Source: Candidatus Latescibacterota bacterium (lineage in GTDB: Bacteria; Latescibacterota; UBA2968). Taken from it: 64,000 nucleotides of DNA. The DNA lies in assembly GCA_965205975.1 (NCBI GenBank), contig OZ242195.1, positions 1,856,001-1,920,000 on the forward strand. The letters are read 5' to 3'. The position numbers were made by a program, and so were the translations under genes. The notes below the pieces were generated by a model. The model was not told the origin of the DNA. It was given only the letters and a program-made list of their open reading frames with translations, and ran no database searches. Of this stretch, positions 17,982-28,329 are shown piece after piece; within the stretch, counting starts at the first letter, position 1, and every line of letters starts with the position of its first letter.

Positions 17982-20900
17982 ATGCCTACCTTCCCCTTCA
18001 GCGAAAAACATCTCTCCCAAATCCCTGCCCTGCAGCAGCTAATTAACATGGGCTACCGGTATCTCCCCCCCGAGAAGGCAATGGTAGAACGCGGCGGTCG
18101 CGCCTCCAATGTTCTGCTGGAAAACATCTTGCGCGATCAGCTTAAAAAAATAAACCGCATTCACTACAAAGGCGGTATGTATCTGTTCAGCGAGGAGAAT
18201 ATTCAATCCGCCATTCAGAAAATCAAAAATGTCCAATACGATGGCTTGCAAAAAACAAATGAAGTGATCTACGACCTGATAACGCTTGGCACATCGCTTG
18301 AACAAACAATTGAGAGCGATTCCAAAAGTTATACCCTGAACTATATCGACTGGAAAAATCCCGCGAACAATGTGTTTCACGCCACAGCGGAATTTTCTGT
18401 TGAACGCCCCCGCAGCATGGAAACCGCAAGACCGGATATTGTGCTGTTTGTGAATGGCATTCCCCTTGTTGTAATGGAGTGCAAAGGCCCCGATGTAGAT
18501 GTGGATCAGGCCATATCTCAGACAATTCGCAATCAGGGCGAAGAATATATCCCGCGTCTTTTCATTTACGCGCAGTTATTGTTGGCTATAAACAAAAATG
18601 AGGCAAAGTACGCAACAGTGGGAACTTCAAAGGCGTTCTGGAGTATTTGGGACGAAATGGAAGATTCTACTCACGAAGTGAATGCCAGCATCAATAAACC
18701 CCTTTCCGCTGAAGACAAAGACGCCCTATTCCGTGGCGATTTTGCCCTATCAGAATCGCACTTTGCCGCGCTTGAAAGCACAGGCGACCGGCTGCTTACG
18801 GAACAGGATAAATGTCTTCACAGTTTATGCCGCCCGGAACGTCTGTTAGAACTGATTTACGGCTTTATAGTCTTTGACCTCGGTATCAAAAAAATTGCCC
18901 GATACCAGCAGTTCTTTCTCGTTCGTTCCGCAATGAAGCGCATCAAACAAATAGATAATACAGGACGCCGCCAGGGCGGCATTGTCTGGCACACACAGGG
19001 GTCTGGAAAATCCATCACAATGGTTATGTTGGCTCGTAATCTGGCTCTGAACTCCGAACTGAATAACTCCCGAATGATTCTTGTTACAGACCGCAAAGAC
19101 CTGGACAAACAACTCGGCAACACCTTCGCGGCCTGTGGACTGATCATGGAACGAGCGACAACCGGACGGAATCTGGTCAAACACATCAAAAACGAAGTAG
19201 GCATCATCACGACGCTAATCAATAAATTTGATACGGCACTTTCTGCTGAAAAATACGTTGATGACTCAGCGAATATTGTCGTCCTCGTAGATGAAAGCCA
19301 CCGCACAAACTTCGGCTCTCTCGCAGCGCGTATGAGGCAGATGTTACCCAATGCCTGTTACATCGGTTTCACGGGTACGCCATTGCTCAAAAGAGAGAAG
19401 AACAGTTTTGTTAGATTCGGAGGTCTTATTGAACCGCACTATTCCGTGCGACAGGCGATCAAAGACAAGGCAGTGGTTCCCCTGCTGTACGAGGGGCGAC
19501 ATGTGGAGATCGAGCAAAACAAAATCGCTGTTGATTTGTGGTTCGAACGCCATACGGAAAACCTGACAGACGAACAAAAAGCCGACTTAAAAAGAAAATA
19601 TTCCCGTGCAGATGCACTCAATCAGGCAGATCAGATCGTCTATATGTGCGCGTTTGACATAAGCGAACACTACCGCGCAAACTGGCAGGACACCGGATTT
19701 AAGGCGCAACTTGTAGCACCCAACAAATCGACTGCCCTGAAGTATCGAGAATTTTTCAGTGAGATAGACGCTATTTCATCAGAGGTCGTTATCTCTCCCC
19801 CGGATACGCGAGAGGGACATGAGGAGGTAGGCGAAGAGACGGACGAGGTCAACGCGTTCTGGAACAAAATGATGGCTCGTTATGGTTCCGAAGACCAATA
19901 CAACAAGCAAATCATCGCGCAGTTCAAACACGCGGATGACCCGGAAATTTTGATTGTAGTAGATAAACTCATCACGGGATTTGACGCGCCTCGCAATACC
20001 GTGCTCTATCTGTGCCGCAAGTTGCGCGAACACACATTGCTCCAGGCTATTGCCCGGGTTAATCGCGTACACGAAGATAAGGAATTTGGCTATGTCGTTG
20101 ATTATGCCAACGTGCTTGGTGAACTGGATAAAGCACTGAACGAATACGACGCACTTGCGAATTTTGACGGAGAGGACCTCGCAGATGTCCTGATCTCCAT
20201 CCAGGAAGAAATACAAAAATTGCCGCAACGTTACTCAGACCTCTGGGACATATTCAAAGAAATTAAACATTCCCGAGATGAAGAACGCTACGAAGTCCTG
20301 CTATCCGATGACGCATTGCGGGAAGATTTTTATGAACGCCTCACGGAGTACGGCAAGACCCTCGCCATCGCGCTTTCATCTGAGCAGTTCATTATGCAGA
20401 CCAAAGAGGCTCAACTCAAACGCTACAAAAGCGACCTCTTACGTTTTGAGAAGCTGAGAAAGGCTGTCAGACTGCGCTACGCCGAAGCCATTGATTACGG
20501 CAATTATGACTCCCGAATTAAAAAGTTGCTAAACACGCATATTCAGGCAAATGAGGTTACCCAATTAAACGCCCCCGTGGATATTTTTGATGACAACGCC
20601 TTTTCTATGGTCAGAGAGACGCAAGGCATCTATCGCACCCGAAATACAGCGGCAAACGCCGACCAGATCGCGCATGCAACCAAACGCAAGATTACCGAAA
20701 ACATGGACAAAGACCCCGCTTTTTATGAGAAATTCTCAAAACTCATTCAGGAGGCAATCGACGATTTCAGGCAGCAACGGATATTAGCCCTGGATTATCT
20801 GCAAAAGGTGAGCGAGATTCGAGATAAGGTCGAAAGCACACAACGCGACGATGTACCCGACGAAATTCGCAATAACGGTGAGGCTTGTGCATATTTTGGC

Positions 20901-21176
20901 GCAATTAAACCCTGTTTCTCAAAAATTGACATTGGTGAAAGCCAGACCGATAACATCGCAATAAAAACAACGCTTGCCATTCAAACCGCGATAGATAAAA
21001 ATTGGAAGGTAGATTTTTGGAATGATGGTGACGCGCAAAATGCCGTAAAAAATGAGATTGATGATTTCTTCTACGATGTGGTGGAAGAAGTGCATGGCAT
21101 TGATCTATCGTCAGAACAAATGGACGAAATGATCAGCCAAACCATGAGGATCGCCAAATTCTGGAGACCCGCTTAA
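17982..21176 (+). CDS. hsdR: Type I RM restriction subunit R
   Basis: RPDIVLFVNGIPLVVMECK nuclease motif, HTQGSGKS, DESHR, GFTGTP, QAIARVNR. Confidence 0.97.
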   Translation: MPTFPFSEKHLSQIPALQQLINMGYRYLPPEKAMVERGGRASNVLLENILRDQLKKINRIHYKGGMYLFSEENIQSAIQKIKNVQYDGLQKTNEVIYDLITLGTSLEQTIESDSKSYTLNYIDWKNPANNVFHATAEFSVERPRSMETARPDIVLFVNGIPLVVMECKGPDVDVDQAISQTIRNQGEEYIPRLFIYAQLLLAINKNEAKYATVGTSKAFWSIWDEMEDSTHEVNASINKPLSAEDKDALFRGDFALSESHFAALESTGDRLLTEQDKCLHSLCRPERLLELIYGFIVFDLGIKKIARYQQFFLVRSAMKRIKQIDNTGRRQGGIVWHTQGSGKSITMVMLARNLALNSELNNSRMILVTDRKDLDKQLGNTFAACGLIMERATTGRNLVKHIKNEVGIITTLINKFDTALSAEKYVDDSANIVVLVDESHRTNFGSLAARMRQMLPNACYIGFTGTPLLKREKNSFVRFGGLIEPHYSVRQAIKDKAVVPLLYEGRHVEIEQNKIAVDLWFERHTENLTDEQKADLKRKYSRADALNQADQIVYMCAFDISEHYRANWQDTGFKAQLVAPNKSTALKYREFFSEIDAISSEVVISPPDTREGHEEVGEETDEVNAFWNKMMARYGSEDQYNKQIIAQFKHADDPEILIVVDKLITGFDAPRNTVLYLCRKLREHTLLQAIARVNRVHEDKEFGYVVDYANVLGELDKALNEYDALANFDGEDLADVLISIQEEIQKLPQRYSDLWDIFKEIKHSRDEERYEVLLSDDALREDFYERLTEYGKTLAIALSSEQFIMQTKEAQLKRYKSDLLRFEKLRKAVRLRYAEAIDYGNYDSRIKKLLNTHIQANEVTQLNAPVDIFDDNAFSMVRETQGIYRTRNTAANADQIAHATKRKITENMDKDPAFYEKFSKLIQEAIDDFRQQRILALDYLQKVSEIRDKVESTQRDDVPDEIRNNGEACAYFGAIKPCFSKIDIGESQTDNIAIKTTLAIQTAIDKNWKVDFWNDGDAQNAVKNEIDDFFYDVVEEVHGIDLSSEQMDEMISQTMRIAKFWRPA

Positions 21177-21886
21177 TGTCGGAAACTCAGCACGCCATCA
21201 TGTATGCGGGCGAATCCATCCCCTTTCATCTGAGTTATTCCAACAGAAAATCTATCGAAATTGCCGTTCACCCAAATGGCTTAGTAACTGTAAAAGCACC
21301 ACTGGAAACAGATAAAAACCTCATCGAGCGTCGCGTTTACAAGCGCGCGCGTTGGATAAGACGCCAGATCCGCTATTTTGCACAGTTTGACCCGCGGACT
21401 CCAGAGCGGCGGTTTGTCGGAGGTGAAAGCCACCTTTACCTGGGGAAAAAGTATCGGCTAAAGATAAGACAGGCCGAAACGAACAAGGTCTTGCTAAAGC
21501 ATGGATTTTTTTATATAACAACCGTTAATAACGAACCAGAACATATCGCGATGTTGCTCGAAGAATGGTACCGAAGCAAGGCGAATATTTATTTTTCACG
21601 AGTGTTTGAAGAATGTTGGCATCCCTTTCAGAAAAAAGGGATAGATAAACCCACCCTCAAAATCCGAAAGATGAAAACGCGCTGGGGAAGTTTGAGCAGA
21701 AAAGGCAACCTGACGTTAAATCTGGACCTCATCAAAGCACCCAGAGAATGTATTGAATACGTCGTTATCCACGAGCTATGCCACCTGTTTCATCCCAATC
21801 ACGGGGCAGAGTTTTATAACTTGCTTGAACTCATGCTCCCCGATTGGATAAAACGAAAACACAAATTGGAAATGGCACTGTCTTAG
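21176..21886 (+). CDS. M48/YgjP (DUF45)-like zinc metallopeptidase
   Basis: MKTRWGS, YVVIHELCHL, NHGAEFY; usual position after hsdR. Confidence 0.9.
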   Translation: MSETQHAIMYAGESIPFHLSYSNRKSIEIAVHPNGLVTVKAPLETDKNLIERRVYKRARWIRRQIRYFAQFDPRTPERRFVGGESHLYLGKKYRLKIRQAETNKVLLKHGFFYITTVNNEPEHIAMLLEEWYRSKANIYFSRVFEECWHPFQKKGIDKPTLKIRKMKTRWGSLSRKGNLTLNLDLIKAPRECIEYVVIHELCHLFHPNHGAEFYNLLELMLPDWIKRKHKLEMALS

Positions 21887-21906
21887 AATCAGATCCGGCA
21901 TTCAAA

Positions 21907-23223
21907 TCACAACGTATGCAATTTTTGCGACAAATTTTCAACAGGTGTAAACACCCACTGTTTTCCTCTTTTTACCGCATTGAGCAATCCTTGAGCCTGT
22001 AAATTCAGCAAATCTGTACGTGCGGTCTGATAAACCACATTGTGGCTATTCTGGTGGCCATAGATTGTATAGCGATGGCGGGGATGGCGAAGTGCATGAC
22101 TCAAAAGTGCGCGTTGTCGATGATTGAACACGGCAGAATTTTTCAACACCTGATCAATGTCTTCAAATAGTCGCGCTTTGCGTTTGGCATATTGATGAAA
22201 TACATCCACAGTTTGCTCAATAACGCGCAATTGGTATAAAATAAAATACGTCAAATCATTGTCATCCGTCTCAGTGTACAAAAAGGACCGGCTATATCTT
22301 ACAGGAGCCTTGTGCAAAATTTGCGAAATAGACAAAAACTTAAACAGCCCGTAACCATTGCGTAGCATCAACCAGTAGAACAGTGCGCGTGCGGTGCGCC
22401 CATTGCCATCGACAAATGGGTGGTCATATCCCAGCCAGAAATGCAACATAATCGCTCGAAGCGCCGGATGAATAAACCAATCTGGCGTTTTGCCATTGGC
22501 AAAATCGCACATCGCCTGCACGCGCTCGGGGAGCTCTTCCGCAGGTGGCGGACGGTGCAAAATCTCACCAGTAATGGTATCGGTAACATAAACAGATTCT
22601 TTTGCATACCGAAAACGACCAGTACCTGATGGATCGTCCAGAGTATCTTCCGTCACCAGGCGGTGCAGATGAAAAATCAGGTCTTGAGTTAAAGGCTGAT
22701 CTTTCAACTCGCCAATTGCATTCATAGTGAGATAATTATTCAAAATCATCTGCTCACTGCGATTCTGTGGGGCTCGTCCAGTGCGGAGCATTTCTCTGGC
22801 GACCTGGCGCGTGGTTGTGGCACCTTCGAGTTGGCTGGATGTAATGGCCTCTTCAATCAGTGAATCCACAAAGTAGAGATTGGAGAACTCAGATGTAGTA
22901 GCCTGTTCAAGCAGACTAGAAAAACCAGACCTTCCCAAATCGATTTGGTGCAAATACTCGGGAATGGGGTCTATAATCAAAAAACGAAACGGGATGCCCG
23001 AGCCATCAACAAGTGGGATTTCTTTCCACAATTCCTTGCGGTGCAGCTTAAGGCCCAACCACCACTCGCGATGTGTCAGCCCCCGGGGAGGAGTCCGATA
23101 ACGCAACTCATCCCAATGCAAGTAGTCAGCCAACTCCACTTCCGAAATCAAATGTGGAAGTCGTCCAACTTCCACATCGCGCATCAGATCATCGAAAGCC
23201 GGTGGTATTTGCGGTTTTTTCAT
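21907..23223 (-). CDS. Fic-family protein (class II, N-terminal inhibitory motif) with probable C-terminal wHTH
   Basis: HPFVDGNGRTAR catalytic motif, SSQLEG inhibitory motif, VVYQTARTDL near the C-terminus. Confidence 0.92.
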   Translation of the reverse strand: MKKPQIPPAFDDLMRDVEVGRLPHLISEVELADYLHWDELRYRTPPRGLTHREWWLGLKLHRKELWKEIPLVDGSGIPFRFLIIDPIPEYLHQIDLGRSGFSSLLEQATTSEFSNLYFVDSLIEEAITSSQLEGATTTRQVAREMLRTGRAPQNRSEQMILNNYLTMNAIGELKDQPLTQDLIFHLHRLVTEDTLDDPSGTGRFRYAKESVYVTDTITGEILHRPPPAEELPERVQAMCDFANGKTPDWFIHPALRAIMLHFWLGYDHPFVDGNGRTARALFYWLMLRNGYGLFKFLSISQILHKAPVRYSRSFLYTETDDNDLTYFILYQLRVIEQTVDVFHQYAKRKARLFEDIDQVLKNSAVFNHRQRALLSHALRHPRHRYTIYGHQNSHNVVYQTARTDLLNLQAQGLLNAVKRGKQWVFTPVENLSQKLHTL

Positions 23224-23249
23224 AATCACTGCCCATCCATATTAAATGC

Positions 23250-23386
23250 TCATACTAATTTCATACTAATATATGTAAAATTAGTATGAAAGGCTATCTA
23301 TACTTGTCCATATCGCTGTCCATTCATATTGGATGTTCATACTAATCTATGTAAAATTAGTATAAAAAGCCATCCATACTTGTCCA
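23250..23386. promoter_or_regulatory. Duplicated palindromic site between the divergent Fic and SDR genes
   Basis: 51-bp direct repeat (23260-23310, 23336-23386; 5 mismatches). Each copy contains TTCATACTAAT-N9-ATTAGTAT(G/A)AA. Confidence 0.7.
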
Positions 23387-23459
23387 CTAAAATGTGGTGT
23401 GCTTAGTAGAAAACGTCGTATATTATGAAACATCAAAACCTACATAAAGAGGGTTATTA

Positions 23460-24305
23460 ATGGGATTACTCAAAGGAAAAGTAGCGATCATCACGGGTGG
23501 CGCGAGCGGCATTGGTCGCGCAACTGCTCGCCTCTTTGTTGAAGAAGGCGCACAAGTCGTCATCGCAGACATCCAGGAAGATAAGGGTCAAACCGTAGCA
23601 GAAGAACTCGGTCCCAACGCCATCTTCCAGCACACCAATGTGAGACGGGAACCCGATATCAGAGCCATGATCGGCCTCGCGGTCTCACACTTTGGACGCC
23701 TGGATTGCCTCTTTAACAACGCCGGATACGGCGGTGTAGCAGGACCTGTTGAAGAAACATCCATGCGGAGTTTTGACAAAACCGTAAGCATTCTCCTGCG
23801 CGGCGTATTCATGGGCATCAAATACGCGGCTCCCGTGATGAAAAAACAGGGATCGGGCAGCATCATCAGCACGGGTTCCGTCGCGGGCCTTCGCACGGGC
23901 TATGCGCCGCATGTGTACAGCGCGTGTAAAGCCGCCGTCATACACCTCACCCGCACAACGGCAATGGAATTGGGACCTCACAACATCCGTGTCAACTGTA
24001 TATGCCCCGGTGGCATTGCCACCCCCATATTTGCCCCGGCATTGGACCTCGCGCCCGAAGAATCCGACAAAGCATATCAACTCATGACCGAAAAACTCGC
24101 TGGTGGGCAGCCCATTCACCGCGCGGGGCAACCCGAAGACATCGCACACGCAGCCCTCTATCTCGCCAGCGATCACGCCTCATTTGTCAACGGTCACGCC
24201 CTCGTCGTCGATGGCGGCCTCATCGGCGGCCAAAAATGGGACAGATCCTGGATCGCCCGAGAGGGGCTTACGTCTGATGAGGACATACGTGAAGAAGGAG
24301 AATGA
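23460..24305 (+). CDS. Short-chain dehydrogenase/reductase
   Basis: TGGASGIG, NNAG, YSACK. Confidence 0.95.
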   Translation: MGLLKGKVAIITGGASGIGRATARLFVEEGAQVVIADIQEDKGQTVAEELGPNAIFQHTNVRREPDIRAMIGLAVSHFGRLDCLFNNAGYGGVAGPVEETSMRSFDKTVSILLRGVFMGIKYAAPVMKKQGSGSIISTGSVAGLRTGYAPHVYSACKAAVIHLTRTTAMELGPHNIRVNCICPGGIATPIFAPALDLAPEESDKAYQLMTEKLAGGQPIHRAGQPEDIAHAALYLASDHASFVNGHALVVDGGLIGGQKWDRSWIAREGLTSDEDIREEGE

Positions 24306-24306
24306 T

Positions 24307-25287
24307 ATGAACCGCGTTTTAATCTCATTGGCCCTCATGCTCTTTATCGCTTGTGGCAGTGAACAAACCGGACCGGCAAAAACAACCATTGCCGTCATCC
24401 CCAAAGGCACAACCCACGAGTTCTGGAAATCGATTCACGCAGGTGCTGTCAAAGCGCAGCGCGAGTTAGACATAGAAATAATATGGAAAGGCCCGCTCAA
24501 AGAAGACGACCGCGAAGACCAGATCGCACTGGTCGAAAACTTCATCTCTCGCGGCGTTTCGGGCATTGTACTCGCGCCCCTCGACGACACTGCCCTTCGC
24601 GTACCCGTCGCCAATGCCGTGCGCAGCGGCATCCCGGTCGTCATCATCGACTCAGGGCTTCAAAGCGAGGACTTCGTCTCCTTTGTCGCCACCGATAATT
24701 ATCGCGGAGGACGCCTCGCAGGTGCCGACATGGCCCAACGCCTGAACGAAAAAGGCAAAGTCATCATGCTGCGCTATCAGGAAGGCTCTGCCAGCACAAT
24801 GAAACGCGAACAGGGATTCCTCGACGCAATAGGCGAGTATCCAGACATCGAAATTGTCTCATCAAATCAGCACGGCGGTGCCACCACCGAAAGCGCGTAT
24901 CAGGCCAGCGAAAACTTGCTCGCTCCCTTGAAGGACGCAAATGGCAAACTCACCATCCAGGGCATCTTCTGCCCCAATGAATCCACCACATTTGGCATGC
25001 TGCGCGCCCTGCAAGACGCGGGCCTCGCTGGCAGTGTCATATTCATCGGCTTTGACAGTTCGGAAAAACTCGTCGAAGCCCTCGAAAACGACCAGATCCA
25101 CGGGCTTGTACTGCAAAACCCCTTTAGAATGGGCTACCTCGGCGTCAAAACCATGGTCGCACATCTCAAAAATCAACCCGTTGAAAAGCGCATCGACACC
25201 GGCGTTGCCCTCGTCACCAAAGACAATATGAACGCCCCAGACATCAAAGACGTATTAACGCCAGACCTGAATAAATGGCTTAAGTAA
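24307..25287 (+). CDS. Sugar ABC transporter substrate-binding lipoprotein
   Basis: Lipobox FIAC, IAVIPKG, VATDNY, FIGFD; RbsB-like. Confidence 0.92.
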   Translation: MNRVLISLALMLFIACGSEQTGPAKTTIAVIPKGTTHEFWKSIHAGAVKAQRELDIEIIWKGPLKEDDREDQIALVENFISRGVSGIVLAPLDDTALRVPVANAVRSGIPVVIIDSGLQSEDFVSFVATDNYRGGRLAGADMAQRLNEKGKVIMLRYQEGSASTMKREQGFLDAIGEYPDIEIVSSNQHGGATTESAYQASENLLAPLKDANGKLTIQGIFCPNESTTFGMLRALQDAGLAGSVIFIGFDSSEKLVEALENDQIHGLVLQNPFRMGYLGVKTMVAHLKNQPVEKRIDTGVALVTKDNMNAPDIKDVLTPDLNKWLK

Positions 25288-25300
25288 ATGGAGGAAATAG

Positions 25301-26821
25301 GTGAAAAAACTTTTTCGAATTGCGCTAATTATCACTGCCATCCCTTCAATTGCCCTATCGCAGACCTTACCCAACCTGACTGCGCTAAGCGAAACTATTA
25401 AGCCACAGGTATCGTCAATTCGGTTACTCAACTTTATCCAGCCATTCACAATACGCTATCAGACAAACGCGGAAATCACCGCATTCATAAGCGATGAGTT
25501 CAATCAGACTGTACCGCTAACAATTCGTCAAAACTACGATCTATTAATCCGCGCCATCGGGTTGTACCACGGAGGTATCCCCTTCGACTTCGAAGCTCTG
25601 ATAAGAGCTTCACAGAGCCAAATAGGTGCCTATTACTATCCCGCAAACCGTTCTATCAACATCCCGATAGGATCAATTCCCATACAAGAGCTTCGAGTAA
25701 TCGTAGTCCATGAACTGACGCATGTGCTACAGGACCAACACTTTGGACTCGACCGTTTACTCAGCGCAACAAACAGCGACAAATTATTAGCCCATCAAGC
25801 TCTCGCCGAAGGCGATGCAACGCTGGTGGAATACCTCTGGTTTTTAGATCGCACTGGACAAACGATGTCAGATGCCCAACTACAACAATTCGTAAACAAT
25901 ATTGCCAACACGACGGTTGGCGAAGTCAAACGCAACCTCAAAGATGCAACAGCAGATCCACAGGTCGTCAAAGCGATTGACGAAACCCCCGATTTTATAT
26001 TCGAACAACAACTTGGAATCTACTTTCGCGGGCTGGCCTTTGTATTTGATCTGAAAAAACGCGGAGGCTGGGCAACAGTGAATCGCGCGTACACCAATCT
26101 GCCAATGTCAATGGAACACATCCTTCACCCAGACAAATACTTCGCAGGAGAATCTCCCGAGGAGATCGCACTTCCAGATCTGGCAAACGAAACCTTCACA
26201 GGGAGCTGGGAACTGTTGGACCAGGATACACTGGGCGAATTTGGCCTCAGAATCATCTTCAATACCTTTGATGTCAATACCCCATCACACTCGGCGGCCG
26301 CGGGCTGGCATGGCGACCAGTATGTCGTCCTCAAACACCGCCAGGATGATACACCCGCTCTCGTCCTGTTCACGACCTGGGATACGGAACGGGATGCGAC
26401 AGAGTTCAAAACAGCCTACGAAGACGTGCTCGCAATAAAACACCGTGGATCTACAGACTTCAGAATTGAGCAGCGAGGGACAGATGTGTTAATTTCTGAA
26501 TCATCTCGGGACCTCGACCTGTTATTTGCGTACCTCGAAAAAGTTCGGTTCACCCCCACGGTAGCCCTCGAACTCTTCGATTTTGACGGCGATCGCACGA
26601 TCGGCTTCTCGGACTTCCTCCTGTTCGCTGCCCACTTTGGCAAGAACAGTTCTGACCCTGATTTTGACCCGCAATTCGACATCGATGCAGATGGTATGGT
26701 CGGCTTCTCGGACTTCCTCGCATTTGCTTCTGCTTTCGGAAAACAAATTACGCGCAACTCAAAACCCACTGTTGTAATTGACCCGCACGTTATCCACCGC
26801 ACGTTGGGATTCGTCCGATAA
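25301..26821 (+). CDS. Secreted zincin-like protein with C-terminal dockerin/EF-hand pair
   Basis: Signal peptide, HELTH...LAEGDA, and twin repeats DFDGDRTIGFSDFL / DIDADGMVGFSDFL. Confidence 0.75.
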   Translation: MKKLFRIALIITAIPSIALSQTLPNLTALSETIKPQVSSIRLLNFIQPFTIRYQTNAEITAFISDEFNQTVPLTIRQNYDLLIRAIGLYHGGIPFDFEALIRASQSQIGAYYYPANRSINIPIGSIPIQELRVIVVHELTHVLQDQHFGLDRLLSATNSDKLLAHQALAEGDATLVEYLWFLDRTGQTMSDAQLQQFVNNIANTTVGEVKRNLKDATADPQVVKAIDETPDFIFEQQLGIYFRGLAFVFDLKKRGGWATVNRAYTNLPMSMEHILHPDKYFAGESPEEIALPDLANETFTGSWELLDQDTLGEFGLRIIFNTFDVNTPSHSAAAGWHGDQYVVLKHRQDDTPALVLFTTWDTERDATEFKTAYEDVLAIKHRGSTDFRIEQRGTDVLISESSRDLDLLFAYLEKVRFTPTVALELFDFDGDRTIGFSDFLLFAAHFGKNSSDPDFDPQFDIDADGMVGFSDFLAFASAFGKQITRNSKPTVVIDPHVIHRTLGFVR

Positions 26822-26841
26822 AGCGGTCAGGCATATCCTCT

Positions 26842-28329
26842 ATGTCTATTCCCAGACATCCGCGCTTTGCCATGCACGGCATTCGCAAAACCTTTGGCGC
26901 GACCGTCGCGCTCGACAATGTCGATTTTGCCGTTTCAGCCAGCGAAATTCACGCCCTCATCGGTGAAAATGGCGCAGGCAAAAGCACCCTGATGAAAGTG
27001 CTATCGGGAGCCTTGCAACCCGATGCCGGGGAAATGAACGTTGACGGATCGCCCTTCGCACCTGCCAATCCCCTCCAGGCGCGGCAGCAGGGCGTCGCCA
27101 TGATCTATCAAGAACTCTCCCTCGCGCCGCATCTAACCGTTGTAGAAAACGTCCTCCTCGGAATGGAAATAACGCGACGCGGGCTATTGCAAAAATCAGA
27201 CATGCACGCCCTTGTTCAAAACGCGCTAACAGAACTCGACCATGCCGATATCGACCCCCACGCACGCGTAAGCACCCTCACCATTGCCGAACGACAAATC
27301 GTAGAAATTGCACGCGCACTATCTGTTCAATGCCGCGTCCTCGTCCTCGACGAACCTACCAGCAGCCTCACGCGCGCAGATGCCGACCGTTTATTTCGCG
27401 TGATGCAACGCCTGAAAGCGCGAAATTTGGCAATCGTCTATATCTCGCATTTCCTCGAAGAAATCAAAGAAATCGCCGATCAATTCACAGTTCTGCGAGA
27501 CGGCAAAAAAGCTGGCAGTGGCCCGGTCGCTCAAACTCCCATATCCGACATCGTCCGCCTCATGGTCGGTCGGCAAATTGACGACTTTTTCCCGCGCTCC
27601 AAACGCACGCCGGGCGAACCCCTCCTCGATCTCACAAACGGCGCCCCTCTCCCTCACAGCGCGTCCCTCGTCCTGCACCGCGGAGAAGTACTCGGTATTG
27701 GCGGACTCATCGGCGCGGGTCGCACGGAACTTTTGCGCGCCATTTTTGGCCTTGACCCCATCAGTAAAGGCAATATCACCTTCGCGCACAGCACGGGCCG
27801 CGCAACACCTGTACAGCGCCTCGCTCAAGGAATGGGATTGCTCAGCGAAGACCGCAAAGACGAGGGCCTCGCCCAGTCTATGAGTCTGGCCGACAACCTC
27901 ACCCTCTCACGCTTGCCCAGAGGGTTCATCTTTCCCAAAAAACTGCACACCATTGCCCATCAGTGGATATCTCGCCTCGACATTCGCACATCGGGACCTG
28001 CACAATCCATTGCAGATCTTTCCGGCGGCAATCAGCAAAAAGTCGCGCTCGCCCGCCTGCTCTATCACGATGTAGATTGCCTGCTTTTGGACGAACCCAC
28101 GCGCGGTATTGACATTGCCAGCAAAGCCGACATCTACCACCTGATTGACCAACTCGCAACACAGGGAAAAGCCATTCTCCTCGTAAGCAGTTACTTGCCT
28201 GAACTCCTCGGGATATGCGACCGCATCGCCGTCATGTACCGCGGTCAACTCGGCCCGGCGCGTCCCGTTGACAAATGCAGCGAACACAGCCTCATGCTCG
28301 AAGCGACCGGGCAGGAGGTCGCACTGTGA
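26842..28329 (+). CDS. Sugar ABC transporter ATP-binding protein (two domains)
   Basis: GENGAGKST, LDEPT (twice), LSGGNQQK. Confidence 0.95.
   Translation: MSIPRHPRFAMHGIRKTFGATVALDNVDFAVSASEIHALIGENGAGKSTLMKVLSGALQPDAGEMNVDGSPFAPANPLQARQQGVAMIYQELSLAPHLTVVENVLLGMEITRRGLLQKSDMHALVQNALTELDHADIDPHARVSTLTIAERQIVEIARALSVQCRVLVLDEPTSSLTRADADRLFRVMQRLKARNLAIVYISHFLEEIKEIADQFTVLRDGKKAGSGPVAQTPISDIVRLMVGRQIDDFFPRSKRTPGEPLLDLTNGAPLPHSASLVLHRGEVLGIGGLIGAGRTELLRAIFGLDPISKGNITFAHSTGRATPVQRLAQGMGLLSEDRKDEGLAQSMSLADNLTLSRLPRGFIFPKKLHTIAHQWISRLDIRTSGPAQSIADLSGGNQQKVALARLLYHDVDCLLLDEPTRGIDIASKADIYHLIDQLATQGKAILLVSSYLPELLGICDRIAVMYRGQLGPARPVDKCSEHSLMLEATGQEVAL

Noticed and set aside
23259..23291. Palindrome as a dif/Xer site
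   Set aside because: The spacer is 9 bp rather than 6 and the arms do not resemble the XerC/XerD consensus.
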